This document shows positions 60,925-64,000 of a DNA stretch of 64,000 nucleotides, in pieces. This DNA comes from Leptogorgia sarmentosa (taxonomy: Eukaryota), in assembly GCA_964658305.1 (NCBI GenBank), contig OZ210885.1:15438001-15502000 (forward strand). The letters are read 5' to 3'. Both the position numbers and the translations under genes were made by a program. The first letter of the stretch is position 1; each line of letters begins with the position of its first letter. The notes below the pieces were generated by a model. That model saw nothing but the letters and a program-made list of their open reading frames with translations, was not told the origin of the DNA and made no database searches.

Positions 60925-63900
60925 TTACATCCAGAGCATTGCTCTGCTTGATGTCTTTACCACCCATCCACTTCTTGTTCTTCCTGATGCAAACAAAAAG
61001 TTTAATTCTCTGTTTTGTACATGATTCTCTACTTCTTCGTTTCCTCCTCCACATTCTTCTGCTGCAGATTCACTACCTGAAGAATCGTCATATTCGGATA
61101 GCTGATCAACTTCAGACTCAATAGCATTTCCGACCAAATGATTCTCATTCACAACACCTCCCAGTTGTTCCTCATTCTCAGAATCTTTTGATTGTCCCTC
61201 ATCTTCAACATCATCCAATTGTTCTTCATCTTCAACAAGAAGATCTAGTCTTTCACAGCGGTGGACAGCAGTCTGATACATGTTTAGTGGGAGAGTCCCT
61301 GGCTTGTATTTTGTGGTTTCCTGCCGCACTGTGCGTTGTCTAACACATTTCCCATTGTCTCTAGCCCATAACCGCATTAGTTCTTGATCTTCTGAACGCA
61401 TTTGCGGTTTGTTTTGTTGCTTCATTCTTGGAAAATCTTGCAGATGTATTTGCGTTGATGGTACTGGGTAGTACGACGTGGGGTGAGTGAAATAAAAGGC
61501 AGACCACTGGGTCATTCTTTTGGCGGCTTCGAGAGCTGTCTCACCAAAGTCTCGGGCATACTGCAACTGCATGCAAGTGGGATGCTTGAAATGGGACACT
61601 GCATGCAAATTTTCAACTTTTACGGTGAGAAGAGCTTCTGGATTGAAGGCGAGTTCTGGATTAATCGTTTCTATGTTCTTAGTAAGACGCATCAACCCTT
61701 GATTTATCATGCCCACAGATTTGACGGTTTTACTTGCAATGATACCTGCAGGTCTATTGATCTTTTTACTTGTTCCCAGAAGAGTTTGTACCGTCTGAAC
61801 GGTATTTTAAGGTACTCAACGACAGCTTTGGTTTTCTGCTCTGCTTCTTGGAGAGTTGAAGTGTGTCGTCGCTTGTGCTTTTGATGGACTGAAAATGCCT
61901 CGTACAATTTCCCCAGATTTTCGAGAAACTTAACAGCAGAACTGGCATCTGTTACTAATTTAACAGCTCCAACTTGCGCATCAGTAACGAGAAAATTCTT
62001 CTTGTTTTCAGTACAAATATCCATAGGTTGAGAAAATGATGCTTCAGTTCCGTCATTATTACCTTCCTCCCCCAAGCCAGCGAGTAGCACGATTTCTTTG
62101 TTTGTCTTGATCTTAACTTGTCTGCTACCCATATCCACAAATGCAATATCTTCACGGTCGCCAATAGGGGCTATGCCTTGCACCTCTGTGCAGAAAGCAG
62201 ATCCGTTGGATAACAACAAAGAATCCTCTTGAGTTTCGAGGTCGATCGCTGAAATGCCGTTGTTATGAGAAATGAAAAGTGTACCACCCAAATGGTACAT
62301 GTCCAGTACACAATTGCAATTGACAGGATATTTTGATAAATCACTTACCACTCCTGCAACTCCTACACCATCAAGTGAGAGTTCCATAAAATAGAAACGG
62401 GAGTCAGTGTCTGAAGCCACAACTATCATATCATCACTGGCAAGGCAAATTCTGTCTACAATCACATTTCTGTCAGTATTTACTGCAGACATCAATTTTC
62501 CAGCTGTGTCGTACTCGTTTCTCAACCTTATAAGGAATTTTTGTAGTCGCTTTCTGAGCTCAACCATGGTCCCCTCATCTGATAATCGTCTACTGCGAAG
62601 AGCATCCTGGAGAGACTTCTTTGTTTTCAGAGTTGACGGTTTCAGGGAAACTTTCTGTTCAATCTCTACCACTGTGATAGCCTTTTTCCCTCTTTCTACC
62701 ACCAGGCAATACCTTTGCTACTTAGATATACCATACTCCTGGCATCTTGTAAACTTGATTTCACAACACTTACACAAACAGGGTTATGCATGTCGGCCAA
62801 GCATAACCTTGTCTCCCTCTTCAGCGGAGCGTAATCCAGGAAGAAAAATTTCCCATTTGGCCCGAGACAAACATTGATCGGGTGAGGATACATTCCAACT
62901 TTGTTGTTATCAGTTGGTCTGTATTTGTCAGGAATTAGAGTGTGGACTACTCTTTTCTTTAGTGACGACAATACTTTCAGTACATCTGGGCTGGACAATC
63001 TTAAAATTGGCTCCACGGCCATCCGATCTTTATTCTGGACATCTTTAGTGAGACACCTTCTTAGACTAGACCTAATAACAGGATTACTATCGTCTCGTAA
63101 CGTATGTATCACTGAAAGAGACATGCGACTTCCGTTGAACAGGCAGAACCAATTAGAAAAACTGCATTTGCAACTCTTTCCTACATGCACTGCGTCAGGG
63201 AGATAAACACAAAATTCAAGCTCTGGATCGACCAAGCAATCCAGCTGGAGTTGTTCTAAAAGTTCCATAGCCTTTTTGTTTCCTTCTTCACAGTCAGATG
63301 ACAGAGCAAAAATGGCGAGGTGAACACACTGAATATTATTCGACAAACAGCGACTACAGGCTCTTAAAGCTGGAGAGTAGCTAACTTCGCCAGTTTGATG
63401 GCAGTCGTCACATAGACTTTTCCCCTCCCAGCAGGTTTCACATTTCTTATTGCAGATGTTTCTGTTGCACTGAGAGATTAGCTCATTGGCGCCAGTATTT
63501 TCAACACAAGCTTGACAGCATTGCAATGATTCGATCTGTTTAGTGAACATACTCAAAATGTCCTGGCCAGTCTTCCCTGCCTTCGTCAAGTATTCCACAG
63601 CCACTGGCATACTGATGGTGTCACAGAGTGTTGTTATCATTGAAACATTAGCCTCGGTTATAACATCTGATTTCAGAAATGCTGCATCTGGAGAGGGGTT
63701 GTCCTTTACGAACTGGAGATCAAACTTTGTCTTCAAGCCGACATTACGCTTTAGACCTTCATCAAACATTATTCCTGGTTGTAATGCTGTGCCATCATTT
63801 TGTATCGCCGCACCAAATATTTTCACAATTGGTGCATTGATAACAGGAGCTATCTGGGCTGTTTCACCTGATGCAAGCTTGAGAAATCCCAGATGCATGT

Positions 63901-64000
63901 CTTTTAAAACACCACTAGCTGTTGTGTAACCACCTTTCTGTCTGGTGGGCTTTGATGGTCCACCAAGGTTAGGATTTGCTTCTTCTGGCTTCTTTATACC
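60925..64000 (-). pseudogene. P-element-like DDE transposase with Cys-rich, SAP and NHL-repeat insertions (frameshifted; 5' part outside the window)
   Basis: IQNDGTALQPGIMFD (D1), SSDCEEGN (D2), LPDAVHVGKS (DxxHxxK), KDRMAV, LLTVKVENLH (E); SAP-like LQDALRSRRLSDEGTMVELRKRL; NHL-like AGLGEEGNNDGTEASFSQPMDI..VTD. Frameshifts at ~62700 and ~61800. Confidence 0.65.

Overview
AT-rich eukaryotic (animal) genomic DNA with spliceosomal introns. The TE repertoire resembles that of cnidarians and other marine invertebrates (inference). I found no clear host gene: the window is a deeply nested pile of DNA transposons. From left to right: (1) a spliced KDZ (Kyakuja-Dileera-Zisupton) transposase pseudogene converging on a minus-strand homeodomain + HMG-box + Tnp1-like gene, whose exons are spread over 19 kb by insertions; (2) an IS3EU-type element carrying a CUE-HECT E3 ligase gene; (3) a Mutator-like element with a PHD finger, containing an apparently intact divergent hAT (8-bp TSD); (4) a Harbinger remnant containing a hAT with a ~6-bp TSD; (5) a Kolobok (KolX + THAP-DDE) split by a second IS3EU-HECT element (6-bp TSD), which itself contains an AcademH RecQ element (9-bp TSD), plus a Merlin transposase next to a DUF3987-like ATPase; (6) a hidden Ulp1-like protease fragment split by a small Kolobok; (7) a degraded hAT; (8) a P-element-like transposase with Zn-binding, SAP and NHL insertions. 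Several MITEs and palindromes are interspersed. Family and domain names come from recognising motifs by eye, not from database searches.
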